Part shown: in pieces, positions 1-13,804 of the stretch | Layout of the letters: each line of letters begins with the position of its first letter | How positions within the stretch are numbered: position 1 is the first letter of the stretch | Assembly (NCBI RefSeq): GCF_009914755.1 | Contig: NC_060928.1 | DNA from: the human T2T-CHM13v2.0 reference genome, Homo sapiens | Strand: one strand, 5' to 3' | Length of the DNA: 64,000 bases | Translations under genes and position numbers: made by a program | Notes under the pieces: model-generated | Seen by the model: the letters and a program-made list of their open reading frames with translations, nothing else | Databases searched by the model: none | Told to the model about the DNA's origin: nothing

Positions 1-1389
1 CTCAGATGTACTATATCCTCTGGACCAGTATATCTCTAATTTTCCAAACAGGAATTATTAATACGAATATTTTATTTTTCTCCCAAAACTAAACACACCT
101 CAAAATACTCTGCAAAAATTTCTCATTTGACACAAAGCTCACAATAGCCTGCAGTGGAATATCAGAAAATGCCAAAAAGAAAACAACTGGACACATGGAT
201 GATCCTAAACTTCAAAATGTAATAAATTTTAAAAATGGAAAGATCAAAAGGCTAGTAGGTTTATCTTATAATAATTTCATTTTATTTGTTTAATTAAACT
301 TTGTCATTCAAATCAAAATTCTTGTTTGAATTATTCCAGATTAATGTTGCTTTCAATTAAAATAGCTTCAAGTAAAATAAAACCTATAAAAATAGGTTGT
401 TTAATTATTGGTATGATACATATGATTAATAAAATCATTTTTACTTACTCTTAACTTACATTTTTTATTATTTACCTTAGTATATAATACGAGATTTGCC
501 AAATAACAACTAAGAGGATTTTTCAAAGAGATACAAGTGTTGTTAAAAATAATAAAAAATAAGATGAGAATAGAAGGTCATGAGTATAGCATTTCAGAAG
601 AAATTAACTATACAGATATAAATGAGAGTCAATTTTTTAAAAGAATGGGAGTAAGCAAGAAGGGATGCATTGTAAAAAAAGAATGCAAGTAGCGGAAAGA
701 TTCAGGGCAGAAGGTTAAGTTTAGCTAACAAAGAAAAGACTTTGAATACTTCAAAGTAGTAGATGATTTCAATGGTTACCCAAACATAAAAATACTGAAG
801 TGTGATAGCTTGTACATACATTTCAATGTCTATGTGGTTTACATAACTAAATTGTTACATTAACTGCTTTAAAATATATAAAATGTGAAGAAATTCCTTG
901 TTTATTATGCTTAAGAAATACCAAGGGCTTATTTTAAAATATGTACTATTTTTATAACCAAGATACATGTGAAATGATCAATGGTCACCAAACTGTTTTA
1001 TGCACTGGTAGCAACAGTATATTTTGGGATTTCTAAATGAGAAAGATGGGCAAGAGCTGGTGAATTTAGCTTTGGCACAATTATACAAACACATAAAACA
1101 TAGTGTTTCCTCTGTGTAAAGTCTCCCCTTGAGTAAATCTGAGGGATTAACCTAAAAAGCCATGATTTCCTGAGCCCTAAAATGCCCTCTGTTGACTCAC
1201 TTCAAGAAAATGTGTACATCTGACACCAGGGCCCAGATCACACATTTGGGAAGAAGTCCTGGCAATGGTGGCATAGCGAAGAGGAAGGAACTGTTAATCA
1301 GAGCAGTTAGAACATTATTAAGAGTAAGTTTCTATAGGAAAGTGAGTATAAAAAGGAAGAAACATGAGGATAAAGTGAAACAGAGAGTG

Positions 1390-1890
1390 GGTTATCAATC
1401 TCAGGGGAGAACCCTACACACTTCTGTCTATTGCTTCTTAATATGGGAGTCACCAAGGGAAATTTTCACAAGGCAGCCCTGGAAGAAACAATGCTTTACT
1501 CACATCAAGAAGAGACAGAGCAAGATCGGCTTCAGTGTGTTTGTGCCCTGCCCCCACCCATGGCTAATGGACCCTCCAGCAGCTGACACAAGGCAACTGA
1601 TGTGCACCTGTTTCCTGCTGCAGTAGAAGGACCCATCCTCTCTTACATGTAATCTGAAATCCAGAAAGCTTTGGGCCTGCCTGGGGGCCACCGAGGTGCA
1701 TGCTTAAGCAGAACAAAGGAACACTCATTACATTTGAAACAGGAAGAGATACTCCCACACAAGGTGCTAAGCCAAGCACAGGCTGTGTGGCCTCCCTATC
1801 TCTCGGTAAGGATGTGTTCCAGGCTCATGGCCCATCTTTATGTGGATGAGTGGGGGTCAGAAGACTGCACATGAGACTGCCTTCCTCAAT
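1390..1890 (-). mobile_element. Probable old LTR-like element, family not assigned
   Basis: GC-richer island with LTR-like layout on the minus strand (AGTAAA-like polyA signal near 1495-1500). No TSD recognised. Confidence 0.35.
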
Positions 1891-2482
1891 GCCAATCCAA
1901 TGTGTCAACATTCTTTGCCGATTGCCTTTTTCCATGTTTGTAAATACTTTCTCCATGAATGAGAAACTTACATTTAGTTATATGTTCAACCAATTTTCTT
2001 AAATGTGCAATAGAATCAGTCTTACATTCTTGCTGCCTTCCTCTGTAGTATAAAAATTCTAGGAACTTTTCCAACTACATGGCCCATGTTCTTAAATACA
2101 GGTGGGTTTACCATCAGGACTATATTAGAGAGCTCAACCCTTCCCCCCTTCACCAACTGGGGGGCCCCTCTGATTTACTTTGAGCCAGGGAGGGCAGGGG
2201 AAAAGATTAACTTTTTTTTCCCCCATAGCTCCATCAATTACTAAGAGTACTAAAATCTCACTATGTGCCGTTGAGATATGACAGTTTGTCCTGGTAAAAA
2301 TTGCTTTATATATCTCGAGACTATTTTATTATATACTTCCATGATTGGAACTATTGTATCAGATTTTCCAGGAGAATTAACATATTAATCATTATGTAGT
2401 AATTCTCTCCGCCATTTTCTATGGCTTTTATGTGAAAATCTAGTTTGTCTAATATTAATAGAATTGCCCTATTATTGTGTAG

Positions 2483-2963
2483 TGTTGGGGGACAAGTACC
2501 CGATGTATTGCTGTGCCTTGTGGGAGCAGAGACACTGGCAGCCTTTTGTTCTGTATTATCTATTCAATTTTGTTTGTTTAGGAAATATAGTTGCAAGACA
2601 GAGGTAGTGTCTCCTTCTAGAAGAGAGAGGAGGGTTTTTTTCCTGTCCAGTAAAAAAAGATAATATCTCTGCATGAGCAAAGGTTGGGTGGGATTGTTTG
2701 CAGTCTTTTAGAAAATATTGGGATTTCCTTAGCTGCAACACAAAATCAATGTGTGAAGAACATCAAACTATGCCACTGTGCATTACCCCTGCGGGACTTG
2801 TGAGCAAAGGAGAACTGACACGAACATCAAAGATTATGCTGCCCGTGCACTAAGTACAATATTCTTTGTCTCTGGCCCAGGGTATCATGTCTTCTGCCAA
2901 CCTCCAAGAAATTGCAGCATCTTGCAAATGGGATAAAATTTTCAGACCCTTCACAGTTCTAGT
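2483..2963 (+). mobile_element. 5' LTR of an ERVL-class provirus (LTR40-like)
   Basis: Starts TGTTGGGGGACAA and ends ...GGGATAAAATTTTCAGACCCTTCACAGTTCT. Similar to the in-window copies at 7231, 38821 and 40365. Followed directly by internal ERV sequence. Confidence 0.75.
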
Positions 2964-3137
2964 GGTTTTTGGCAACGATGATGAGATGCTGGCTGAGAAG
3001 TGGCTTTCTGTAAGTGAAAGAACACAAGTCTCACAGACCATATTAGAAGACCTAGTAGTGAATTATATCACCCAAATCATGAACAAGGGTAGTGAAAGGC
3101 TCAACCATATTCTCTGTTATTAAAAGTTTCAAGCCTA

Positions 3138-3443
3138 GTCTGGGTGTCATGGCTTATGCCTGTAATCCCAGCATTTTGGGAACCCAAGGCAGGAGGAGCA
3201 CTTTGAGGCCAGGAGTTTGAGACCAGTTTGGGAAACATAGTGAGATCCCATCTCTACACAAAAATAAAAATAAAAAAAAAAGTGGCTGGGCTGGTACTGT
3301 GCACCTGTAGTCCCAGCTACTCAGGAAGCTGAGGCAGGAGGATCACTGAGCCCCGGAATTCCAGGCTGCAGTGGCCTGTGATTGTATCACTGCATTCTAG
3401 CTGTGTGACAGAGAAAGACCCTCTCCCTAAAAAAGAAAAAAAA
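3138..3443 (+). mobile_element. AluJ (AluJo-like) inserted in the ERV
   Basis: Diverged dimeric Alu with J-type GGAGGATCACTGAGCCC and CCAGGCTGCAGTG, A-rich linker and tail. Confidence 0.92.
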
Positions 3444-4021
3444 ATATTTTTCATGTCTGGACAGTAGGTTTGGCTCAAACTGTTCCAATGGTGCTTTGGT
3501 TGGTTATTGCTCACTAACCTCTGGGCAGGGGGAGGAAGGGTTGTTATCTTGACAATGGGCTCAAGGTTTCTCTCTCTCCAAGTGAGACAGAAGGCCCAGT
3601 ACACTCATTCACCTATACTGAAGAACTTTGCGATAGGGGGTGATACAAGCTTTTAAGACTGTGTTGGATGCAGGCACCCAACCCAAGTCACTGTTATGTC
3701 TGGTTCTGTTGGAGAAGGTGGCACTGGATTCAACTGATAATATCTGGGCAGGGTTTACACTATAAAAGGTAATAAGGAAGGTAAGCCAACGTGACCTTTC
3801 CTGTGAGGCTTTTGGGGCCAATTCAATGCATGCTATTCTTACTTCCACATCTGAATTCACATTAGGTAGTGATGTGCTATATACTTGTACTTTTTTATCT
3901 GGTAAATGGTAGAAGAGATTCTCCCTTACCATGAGTGAGCCAAGATTCATGTGTAAAGAAGTTTTCTTGTGGGAGATGGAAACCTCTTATCGTTTGCCAA
4001 AAATAGGTGTGTGTAACTTCA

Positions 4022-4581
<560 letters not shown>

Positions 4582-4739
4582 TTAAATGCCTAAAGCTTTT
4601 CCTATGCAGATGATACCCTGTTGTTTGGCAAGTCCAAAGCCTCTATCTCCATGACTCTGACTACAGTATTATTACACCTCTGTCAGAAGAGATGGCTGAT
4701 AAACTCTAACAAAGTTTGGCATCTGTTCAGTGTATTTCT

Positions 4740-5053
4740 TTCTTTCTTTTTTTTTTTTTTTTGAGACAGAGTCTTGCTCTGCCACCCAGGCTAGAGTGCA
4801 GTGGCATGATCTCAGCTTACTGCAACCTCTGCCTCCCAGGTTAAAGCGATTCTCCTGCCTCAGCCTCCCTCAGCCTCCTGAATAGCTGGGATTACAGGCA
4901 CACGCCACCATGCCCGTCTAATTTTTGTATTTTTAGTACAGATGGGGTTTCACCATATTGGCCAGGCTAGTCTCGAACTCCTAACCTCATGACCCGCCTG
5001 CCTCAGCCTCCCAAGATGCTGGGATTACAGGCATGAGCCACTGTGCCCAGCCC
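4740..5053 (-). mobile_element. AluS (Sg/Sc-like) inserted in the ERV pol region
   Basis: Poly-T then GAGACAGAGTCTTGCTCT...GAGCCACTGTGCCCAGCC; diverged TSD ctgttcagtgtatttctt / ctgtttactatatttctt; internal 10-bp duplication CCTCAGCCTC. Confidence 0.95.
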
Positions 5054-7230
5054 CTGTTTACTATATTTCTTAGAGCTATGCAGGTGGATTTACAATGCTT
5101 ATCTCTCTAACAGTGAAGAAAAACTGCTATCTCTTTGATTCTTACCACCAAAATGTAGGCCCAAAATCTTATTGCATTCTTTGGGTATTGGAGAGAGTAT
5201 ATTCCCCACTTAGGCATTCTCCTTGGTCCTTTACAACTCAACTAAACCAACAGACTGATTTGGAAGCCACTCAGCAAGTTGTGTCACATCTCCTACCTGT
5301 GGGACTCCACAACCCTCATGAGCACCTTGAGCTACAAACCTCTATTGAGACTTTTTCTGGTAATGCTGCCACTGTTCCAGTTTTACCAGCTGTCTCTGAC
5401 AGCATCACTGTACCGTTTAAAACTAATCTGTGTCATATGTTTAGCTCTTTGGGCTATTTGCACTCTGACAACAGTGCACTTTTTATCACCTAATCTACTC
5501 AGTAATGTGTTGGCCGGCAAGGTAGTTAAGCACTTTTCATGCTCCCGACCACCCACAAGAATCTGATATTGTTGGGCATTGGGATTGGCTCTTAAAAAAT
5601 AAACTCAAAAAGATTTATGTCTCTGCCTCCCTCACCTCCACATGGTTCACATATCTTAGTAAGGCAATTTGGTCCCTGAATTTTGCTGTCCCCAGAAAAG
5701 GAGCATACCCTCTCAGCTGGCTCTTAGGTAGCGAATAAGATGCAAGGAGGCTATATATACCTATTTTAAACATTGAGAATTTCTCTTTACTTTCCCTGCC
5801 AGCAACTGCAGGCTGCCCTGGTCGCTATGCCCTCCAGTTGGCAGCCTGTCCAAAGGAGGCCTTAGGGATTCAAACTCAATTGTGGATCACGCTGCTCTTT
5901 GAATCCACTGATAGTAGTATATGCAGGCCATAGTCGAAAACATAATGGGTCTCTCTTTATAAAACTTCCCTTGTCCCTCCTAATATACTCTTATGGATAA
6001 AATGTTCTTGTGTAAAGTTTAGGAGTTGATGGAAAGAAAGAAAAATTTTAGTGATCGTAATGGGACCCACTAATCTTGTGGTAATAGAAGGGGAACAACA
6101 ACAGGTATTCCTGGAGAGGGAACACCTTCAACTCTGAAATAAATAGAGGGGCAAGATACATTCATGAGCTTTTGTTTTTCCATGCCACCCTGACATCTTT
6201 CCTCCCCAAGGAAATGTCCTTGTATGTCTCTCAAAGTGTTGCAAGTGTCTTAAAGTTAACTGCGTGCTGTGTCTGACTTCCCCAGACATTCCTTTTTTCC
6301 ATTTCACTTAACCTTACCAGAGAAGTCTAGAAACAGGAGATGGCACCAGCTCCTGAACCTCCCATGCAAATCACCTGTCAACACCATCAGACGTCTTTCC
6401 CACCTCCCCTCTCATTCTGTGGGGTGAATGAATGCTACCAGTCTGGTTGCTAGAAAAACCAAGACAAATTAGGCACACTTCCCTCAGCTATCACTCCAAA
6501 AACAAGGAGTAGAGTCTGTTATTCTAACTGAATTGGGAAACCTGAGATCTGACAGCAGGCTGGAGAGCCATATTTGATGCACTGTCAGTCTATGTCCCCT
6601 GAACGATATAGGTCCCACCTGCAAAGTCACATCAATGGGACAACAGACTCATCATTTATAGATACCTTGCAGGAAGTTCTTTTCGTAACAGGAGGTATGC
6701 AATTAGAAAAGTTGATAATAAATGTTTCACTAACACATTTTGCGAAGTGAAGTGATCAATGACAGGACATTGTTTCTGAAAGGCATTCAGGTCAGTCACA
6801 GTCCACTGACCAGATATTTTGGATGACACAATTGTCCAGGATGCCTCTCTGTAGGTCAAGTAGTGACATCTATGCAATCACTAGTGTATCCTGCTGCACC
6901 TGACTTAATTCCACAGGCCAAGTAGAAAGCCCAAGACAAACACATAAGGCAAAAGCCACGTTGGATGTATAAGGTAGATCTGGATGATTTATGCGACGTG
7001 TCCAGGAGGTTGGTTCTGAGACTCTGGAGTGGGGGGTCGGAGACACTGCTGAGATAAATTTTGCTTGCAGGTTTTTATCATCCTCCTGCTTAGAGTTCCC
7101 TTGATGATATCCTTAATTAAAAGCTACATGAGATAAATTGAACAGATTTGGTTCAAACACCTGTTGATGGAGTGGCCTACGTAGAGGAACATTCTCTAGA
7201 AGCCAAGATATGGAAACAAAGGGCAGATAC

Positions 7231-7352
7231 TGTTTGGAGGCAGATCTCCTGGGTTCACTCACATTTTTGCACATCATGCAATCAGAGGCACTGACAGCTT
7301 TTGTTCCGTGCACTCTTTTCAAGGATGTTTATGTAGCAAACGGACTTAGAAG
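7231..7352 (+). mobile_element. Truncated 3' LTR of the provirus (LTR40-like)
   Basis: TGTTTGGAGGCAG...CAGAGGCACTGACAGCTTTTGTTCC...CTTTTCAAGGATGTTT resembles the start of the LTRs at 2483 and 38821. Confidence 0.75.
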
Positions 7353-7399
7353 GTATTTTCTTCTGAAATACTGGCTTTTGAATTTTAAAAATTTTCTTT

Positions 7400-8290
7400 C
7401 AATATTTTAAGTGTACATTTCCACCGTTTTCTGAATCACATTAATCTTGCTGAGATGCTTTTTGTTGGTATAATGGTACAATATTTTTGGTAGGTAATAT
7501 GGCTTTTTTGTCTGGATGGACTTTACTTTGGTAATCTCTCATTTTACTGTAACGTGTCTAGACTTGGGTTTCTTCTTATTTATCTTACTTGGTATACACT
7601 GTGTTTCCTGTACTTGTGGAATCATGTATTTCATCACTTCTGGAAAGTTCTCAACTAAAATTCTCAACTAAATTCTCTTCTAATATTTTCTCTGTGTTAT
7701 TACTTCTGATTACTCTCTATATTTCAGATTAAACTTTTGACTTTCTCATTCTACTCTATAGTCTATATATTCTACCTTTTTGGGTTATTTTTCAGAAATA
7801 CGTATGTGTATACATGTACATAAATATATGATATATATAATATTTGCATATATTTCACACATATGTAACATGATATTTACATATATTATAGCTTATTATT
7901 CTATGTTACGTACATAATACATATACATGTACACTCACATATATATAAGTTATAGTTCATTATCTTGATTGAAGTTCATCTAATCTGCTGTTTAATCTAT
8001 TGACTTAATTTTTAATTAAATAATATTTTAATTAAATGCTATTTGGCTCTTTTAAAAGCTGAGTAATTTTTTCTGAAATTATGTTTGGTAATGCTTGAAT
8101 ATTTCAATATCTTTTTAAATGTTTAAATGTTTCATACATTAATATATATTATACAGTTGATGTCTGTTACTAATAATTTGTCTCTAACAATTTTAGAATT
8201 TTAAGTATTTAAAATACAAATCTTGTCTTGTTCTTGCTGTTGGCATTGTTCACTCTTGCTCCTGTTAGCTTGCTTCATTTTGTTTATTAG
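7400..8290 (-). mobile_element. Old L1M-type fragments
   Basis: T-rich sequence with TTTCATCACTTCTGGAAAGTTCTCA, typical of antisense old-L1 ORF1 regions. Highly diverged. Confidence 0.4.
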
Positions 8291-8317
8291 TTTATTTGTA
8301 TTGTATTAGTGTGCCCC

Positions 8318-8435
8318 TTTATTTATATTTATTTAATTTATATTTATTTATAAATTATTTATAATATAAATTATAAATAATTTATAATTTAATTTATTAA
8401 AAATTAATAAATATTAAAATTTATTAAATAAATTG
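8318..8435. repeat. AT-only low-complexity tract
   Basis: About 115 bp almost entirely A/T. Confidence 0.9.
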
Positions 8436-9809
8436 TGAATTTGAGTTGGCAGAACAAACTCTGTGGAATCCTTAGACGTTTGAATTAATAATAGATTTCT
8501 ACAGAGAAAGTATATATTGAGGCTTCCAAGTCTTGGTGTAACTTAATATATGAAATCCCTTAAATGTTCTCAGCTTTGGGCTTGCCTGACCTCTGCTCAG
8601 CTGTAGTGTAATTCAGAACACCAGACCCATGCAAGAGCAGCTCAAAAGCATCAACATTATACCATAATAATGGTATTATTACCCCATGCTACTGGAAGGA
8701 CCTGTAGGTTACTTTTCAGATTTCTAGTGCCTGATGACAAATATTTCCCGCTTTCTTTTCACTGGAGGCACAGCTGTTCAGAGGGGTTGTCTAATTCATC
8801 GACGTGACTGTGCTTTCATATCGAGCCTACTCTACCATTCTTTCACAGGCCATTAATCTTAATATTTCCGGATTGTAGTTATTGACAGGTGTTTTGTTTT
8901 TTCCTGTCTCAGTTTCTGTGTTAGTGTTGTTACCTTCTAGTTTCATTTGGCTGTTTATTTGGCTTGCTTCAGATACAAAAACATACTTAATCCACTGTCA
9001 ATTCACATAACAAGACTAATTTTCTTGGTAGAGTGCATTTAGGGTGGGAAGCGGTTAAAGGCCACTAAAACATACAGTGCTCATAGAGTATATCCAGTGT
9101 GATTGTGGGAAGAATATAATTTGCTCAGATACCCTAAAAATGATATGACAGTCACATTCTATTATTTTATAATTCAAATGATTATAAACTGATATAGATA
9201 GATACAATATATGGCATACTATTTTTTCTTTATCTAGAAAAATAATTGTCATATTAATTTTGAAATCATTTGTGTATTAGTTGTTGATATAAAATTAGCA
9301 TGTTTAATTACATATTATGCAAAATCATTTTATTATATTATTACTTTTATATAATCTATATTTTTATTCATAGCCATATTATTAGTCCTGCTCCTTACTA
9401 GTTCTATCCCCGATGAACTAATTTAAAATCTCTCTGTTTCAAATTCTTATGTTTAAAATGGGAACAATATTAGTGTATGTTAGTGTATGTTATATATCTT
9501 ATAGCATTGTTAAAATTAAGAAGTTAATGCATATAAAAATTAACGCATTAGCTTAATTGAGTCATTCATTAATACATTAATTTAGAATACTTATTAACAC
9601 ACATTATGCAATCATGATATGTTAATTTCTTAAAAGAATATTTTGTTTGTTGATATGAGTTGGGTGCCTCTGACAAAAAGATTACAGAACTCTTCCAAAG
9701 GTACTGTACATACACTTACTTAATTACCTAGAAACTTTTTGAGTAACTCAGCTGAAATAAATTCTAGTAACATAGTAAGGATGGCACATGCTATAGTTAT
9801 CTTTACATA

Positions 9810-9995
9810 TGAATAACATTATATTAGTTGAAATAAGCCAGACACAGGAAGATAAATACCACATGTTCTCACTCATATGTGGGATTTAAAAAATATTTTG
9901 AGCCCCTGGAAGTAGAGAGTAGAATTGGGGGTGTTAGTGTCTGAGAAGGGGAGAAAAATAGGGAGGATAAAAAGAGGTTGGTTTACAGATACACA
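9810..9995 (+). mobile_element. L1MA/MB 3' fragment
   Basis: TGAAATAAGCCAGACACAGGAAGATAAATACCACATGTTCTCACTCATATGTGGGA...GAAGTAGAGAGTAGAAT. Confidence 0.8.
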
Positions 9996-10764
9996 TGGAT
10001 AACCTATTTACTTTTCTATAACCTTTTTGAAGAGTTGAAATATATATGGTTTCTTTATATCTCTCCCATCACCTCCTGTATTCTTTTTCCTTGGCAAAGT
10101 GATGAATAATTAATGTTACAAAGGACATCATTCAGGTAAAATTCACATGTGATAAATGCATCAGTTAAGGTCTTGCTGGGAGTTTTATTGCACAGTACAG
10201 TGCTGTGGTTAACTGTGTGTGCGCTTAACTGGGCTCTGATTCCAGCATTGTAATTCACCAGCTTTATGGCTGACATGGGCTTCCTTTTCTTTATCCCTAG
10301 TTTGTAGACATTATAAAAAAAGTCTTGTAATTTTTTTTAAAGATTAATTTACTACACATAAAATATTTAGGATATTAACTGATATTATTATACAGTTATT
10401 TTAGCAATTACTACAAATATTACTAGAACTTCTATTACCACAACTAGTATATGCCTAGTATTATTATTATCATTACACTTCTCTTAAAGAACATGTATAT
10501 TTAAACATGTTCTACATAGTTTAGGATTTTTTAGATAAATGCATTCCTTATAAATACAAACTAGATGGACTGTTTATAAACTACAAGATCTCTAAGATAT
10601 AAAAGTTAACATGAAAATTCCACAACTGAATATATGTGGTGTTAGTCCTTTTTTAGTATATAGTAACAAAAGATGTAGACACTGATATTATATGTTCTAT
10701 TCTGTGATGGCTACAGAAAACTTAATTAACACGGGCTTAAGCACTATTAAAACTTTTCTTTTTT

Positions 10765-11850
10765 TACATGCAAAAATCTATAGGTAACTTCATACCTAAT
10801 GTTGAAAATACTGAACACTTTTCTTATAAATTGGGACTAAGGCAAGGAGATACATTGAACATTGTAGTGGAAGTCCTAACCAAAACCTAAGGCAAGAAAT
10901 AGAAAGATAAAAAAGGAAGAAATAAACCTGCATGTATTCATGGAGAAGGATATTATATGTAAAAAAATCTGGAGAGATGACAAAACATTACTAGAAATAA
11001 TAAGTGAATTTAGCAAAGTGGCAATATACAAGTCAGTATAGAAAATTAACAATATAACAATATACTATCAGCAAACCATTAAAAACTGAATTAAAATTAA
11101 ATTTACAATAGTACTAATAAAAAAGTACTTAACAAATTTAATAAAGGGCATTATGAAATTCTATACTGAAAATTACCAAACATTAATTAATGAAATATAA
11201 CTAAATGGAGAGATATACCAAGTGTGTGGATTTGAAGATTCAGTACTGCACAATATCTAAAAAATGATTCTAGCTTGTTTTCTATAGAAATTGACAGACT
11301 GATTCTGAAATTCTTATGGAAATGCAAAGGGTAAACACCAAAGCAATATTAAAAAGGTATAACAAAGTTAGACTTTGCATCTGAATTCAAAAGTCAGCAT
11401 TAAGGTACAACAAATTAGACATGTGATACAGGCTTAAGGATAAATAGTTCACTGACCATACTAAAGACAGAAACAGACCCACACTTTTAGGACCATTTCA
11501 TTTTTGACAAAGACATCAAAGCAATCCAATGAAGTAAGATGCTATAAACGATTCTGCAACTGGTTGGCCACTTTTTTAAAAATTTTGTGTAGAAACGGGT
11601 TTTTGCCATGTTGCCAATGCTTGTCTTGAACTCCGAAGCTCAAGGAATTTTCCCATCTCTGCTTCTCAAAATGGTGGGATTATAGGCGTAAGCCACCATG
11701 CCTGGCCTGGTTGGCTACATAAAAAAAAAAAAAAAAAAACCTACCTTCTACTATACACAAAAACTAATCAGTATCATAGACCTAACCCTAAAAGTTAAAA
11801 TTTTAAAGCTTCTAGAAGACACAGAAGATTGTTTTCTGCAACGAGTAATA
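10765..11850 (+). mobile_element. Old L1M ORF2-region fragment, interrupted by a FLAM
   Basis: AACATTGTAGTGGAAGTCCTA, GTGAATTTAGCAAAGTGGCA-ATATACAAGTCA and TAGAAATTGACAAGACTGATTCTGAAATT, all degenerate L1 ORF2 motifs. Confidence 0.8.
11572..11707 (-). mobile_element. FLAM_C-like Alu monomer
   Basis: Left-monomer-only Alu sequence with TSD tggttggccac / tggttggctac. Confidence 0.85.
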
Positions 11851-13508
11851 ATCACAGAAAATTGACAATATAGGCTTATTTATCATGCATAATATCTAAA
11901 AATATATTTTTATCATTAATCTGATATCACAGGCTCTAATTCAGTGAGAAACAACTCAATAAATTTAAAAGCCACATATTTTTATTTTTTAATTTTTTTT
12001 AGTGATTCAAATAAAGGTAGTCACCACATCATGTGTAGCAATATAGAAAAAAATGAAGGGTAATTAATTTAGAAAATGAATTTGCTTCAATTTTACATTA
12101 AAAAATTGAAATGCAATTAATAACATGGGCTCTGGACTTAGCTGAGTAACACTGGTCAAATGACTTAAATTCTCTGTGCTTCACAGTTCTCATCTATAAA
12201 GGAGGGATAACAACCAGTTAACATATTTAAAATATTTAAAGTATTTGCCAGAAAATATGGTCTACATAAATGTTTGATTTATATATATACACACACATTA
12301 TACATATGCACACACACAAGTGTATATATGAGGTTATGAAAGTTAATGTAGTGAAAAGGCCATGGGTTCCCATATTGCAAGATCAAAACACAAGTTATTG
12401 TAAATGGTAGACAAAAATCAGGCACCTGTGTCTCTAACTCATTGCATTATATCTTCCCTACAGATAGACCACTGGCAACAAGCTGTGGGAAACACTGATC
12501 AGAGCATTAGGAAAAGAACTTAGTATCTAGAAATGCATGTAAAAGTAAAGGGACTGGGGTGGAGGTATCCTGGAGCAATGTACCCTGTGTTCTCTTAGAA
12601 GCCTCTATTCAAAGGCACCAGTCATTGATCAAGTCAATGAGCAATCAGGGATTTGAAAAAACAAAACAAACACACAAAAAATGAGTTCTTTTCCTACCTG
12701 TGAAGCTTCTTTGCAAGTGTCTTTTAGTTGTTTGCTTCACTGTAAGTGGCAAATTTAAGAATTCACATTTTTCCCAGTAACTGAAGACAAGAGAGGATGT
12801 ATTTTGTGCTTCAGCACATGGTTCCAGGGAGTAAGGATAGCGAGTGTTGGAAACAAAATCAGTGTAAGGAGAGGAAGGCTTTTCTGACAATTAGAACACT
12901 CCTCAAATATAGAGGTTTACCTCGCAGAATATGATTTCATACCAGGGACTTTATTGCATAGACATTTGTCCTAGATGTTCTTTTAAGTTCCTTTTAAATT
13001 TGAAATTTTATGATAAATTTCATTCATATTATTTCCTTTAATGTTCAGTGCTGTAATAAGAAAGTATCCCCATAAATGATCATGATAATGTTCTGGTGCT
13101 GTAATATTGATCGAGTTGGCATACCTCAGCCAAAAATCAAACGCAACCTAAGTGGAAAAGCAAGTCAAATAGAAAGAGTGCACATCCATTTCTGACAGTG
13201 GATCTTCCAAAATCAAATGATCTCAGCTCTAAATATTCAGAGGAAAGAAGATAGAACAACTAAATACTAAAAAGTATAACATACCAAACTTCTCATGATT
13301 AGGTGTCAGAAATTATCTACCTTTCAAAATGTTCATATAGTTGCTAGAATTAATAACTATTAAGAGAAAGTAAGAACATGCCTCAAATATGGAAAAAATA
13401 AATGACAGAAAGGTTAAAACATTATAGTAGCATGTTGAAACTTAAAATAGAAAGTTTTTGAATTGTAATAAAAAAATTAGGCCTTCCCCTTTAATGCTAA
13501 TGTTATTG

Positions 13509-13510
<2 letters not shown>

Positions 13511-13551
<41 letters not shown>
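13511..13551 (+). repeat. (CA)20 microsatellite
   Basis: Perfect CA array. Confidence 0.97.
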
Positions 13552-13553
<2 letters not shown>

Positions 13554-13599
13554 CTACCTTTTATTTAAGTATTCAAAGGCAATAATTTGAAGGGATGCA

Positions 13600-13720
13600 C
13601 AGTGATTCTCAGCCATGGCTACACATAAAAGTCACATGAGGAGTTTTAAAAATTCAAATTCATGGGGCCCCATTCCAAATCAATTTAAGTAGCATCTCTA
13701 CAGCTGGATTTGAAAACTGC
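13600..13720. mobile_element. MER5-like hAT DNA transposon fragment
   Basis: CAGTGATTCTCAGCCATGGCTACACATAAAAGTCACATGAGGAG resembles a MER5 terminus. Confidence 0.55.
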
Positions 13721-13765
13721 AGTCTAAAATAGGTAAGCTTTATATTTGCCTTCCTTCAAAACCAT

Positions 13766-13766
<1 letters not shown>

Positions 13767-13802
<36 letters not shown>
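13767..13802 (+). repeat. (CA)18 microsatellite
   Basis: Perfect CA array. Confidence 0.97.

Positions 13803-13804
<2 letters not shown>

Noticed and set aside
1192-1626. 144-aa ORF and overlapping short ORFs
   Set aside because: Non-ATG start, no recognisable domain, overlaps a probable LTR; consistent with chance.
5095-5493. 132-aa ORF as a functional gene
   Set aside because: A mutated ERV integrase remnant (SDN motif, neighbouring motifs frameshifted), not an intact protein.
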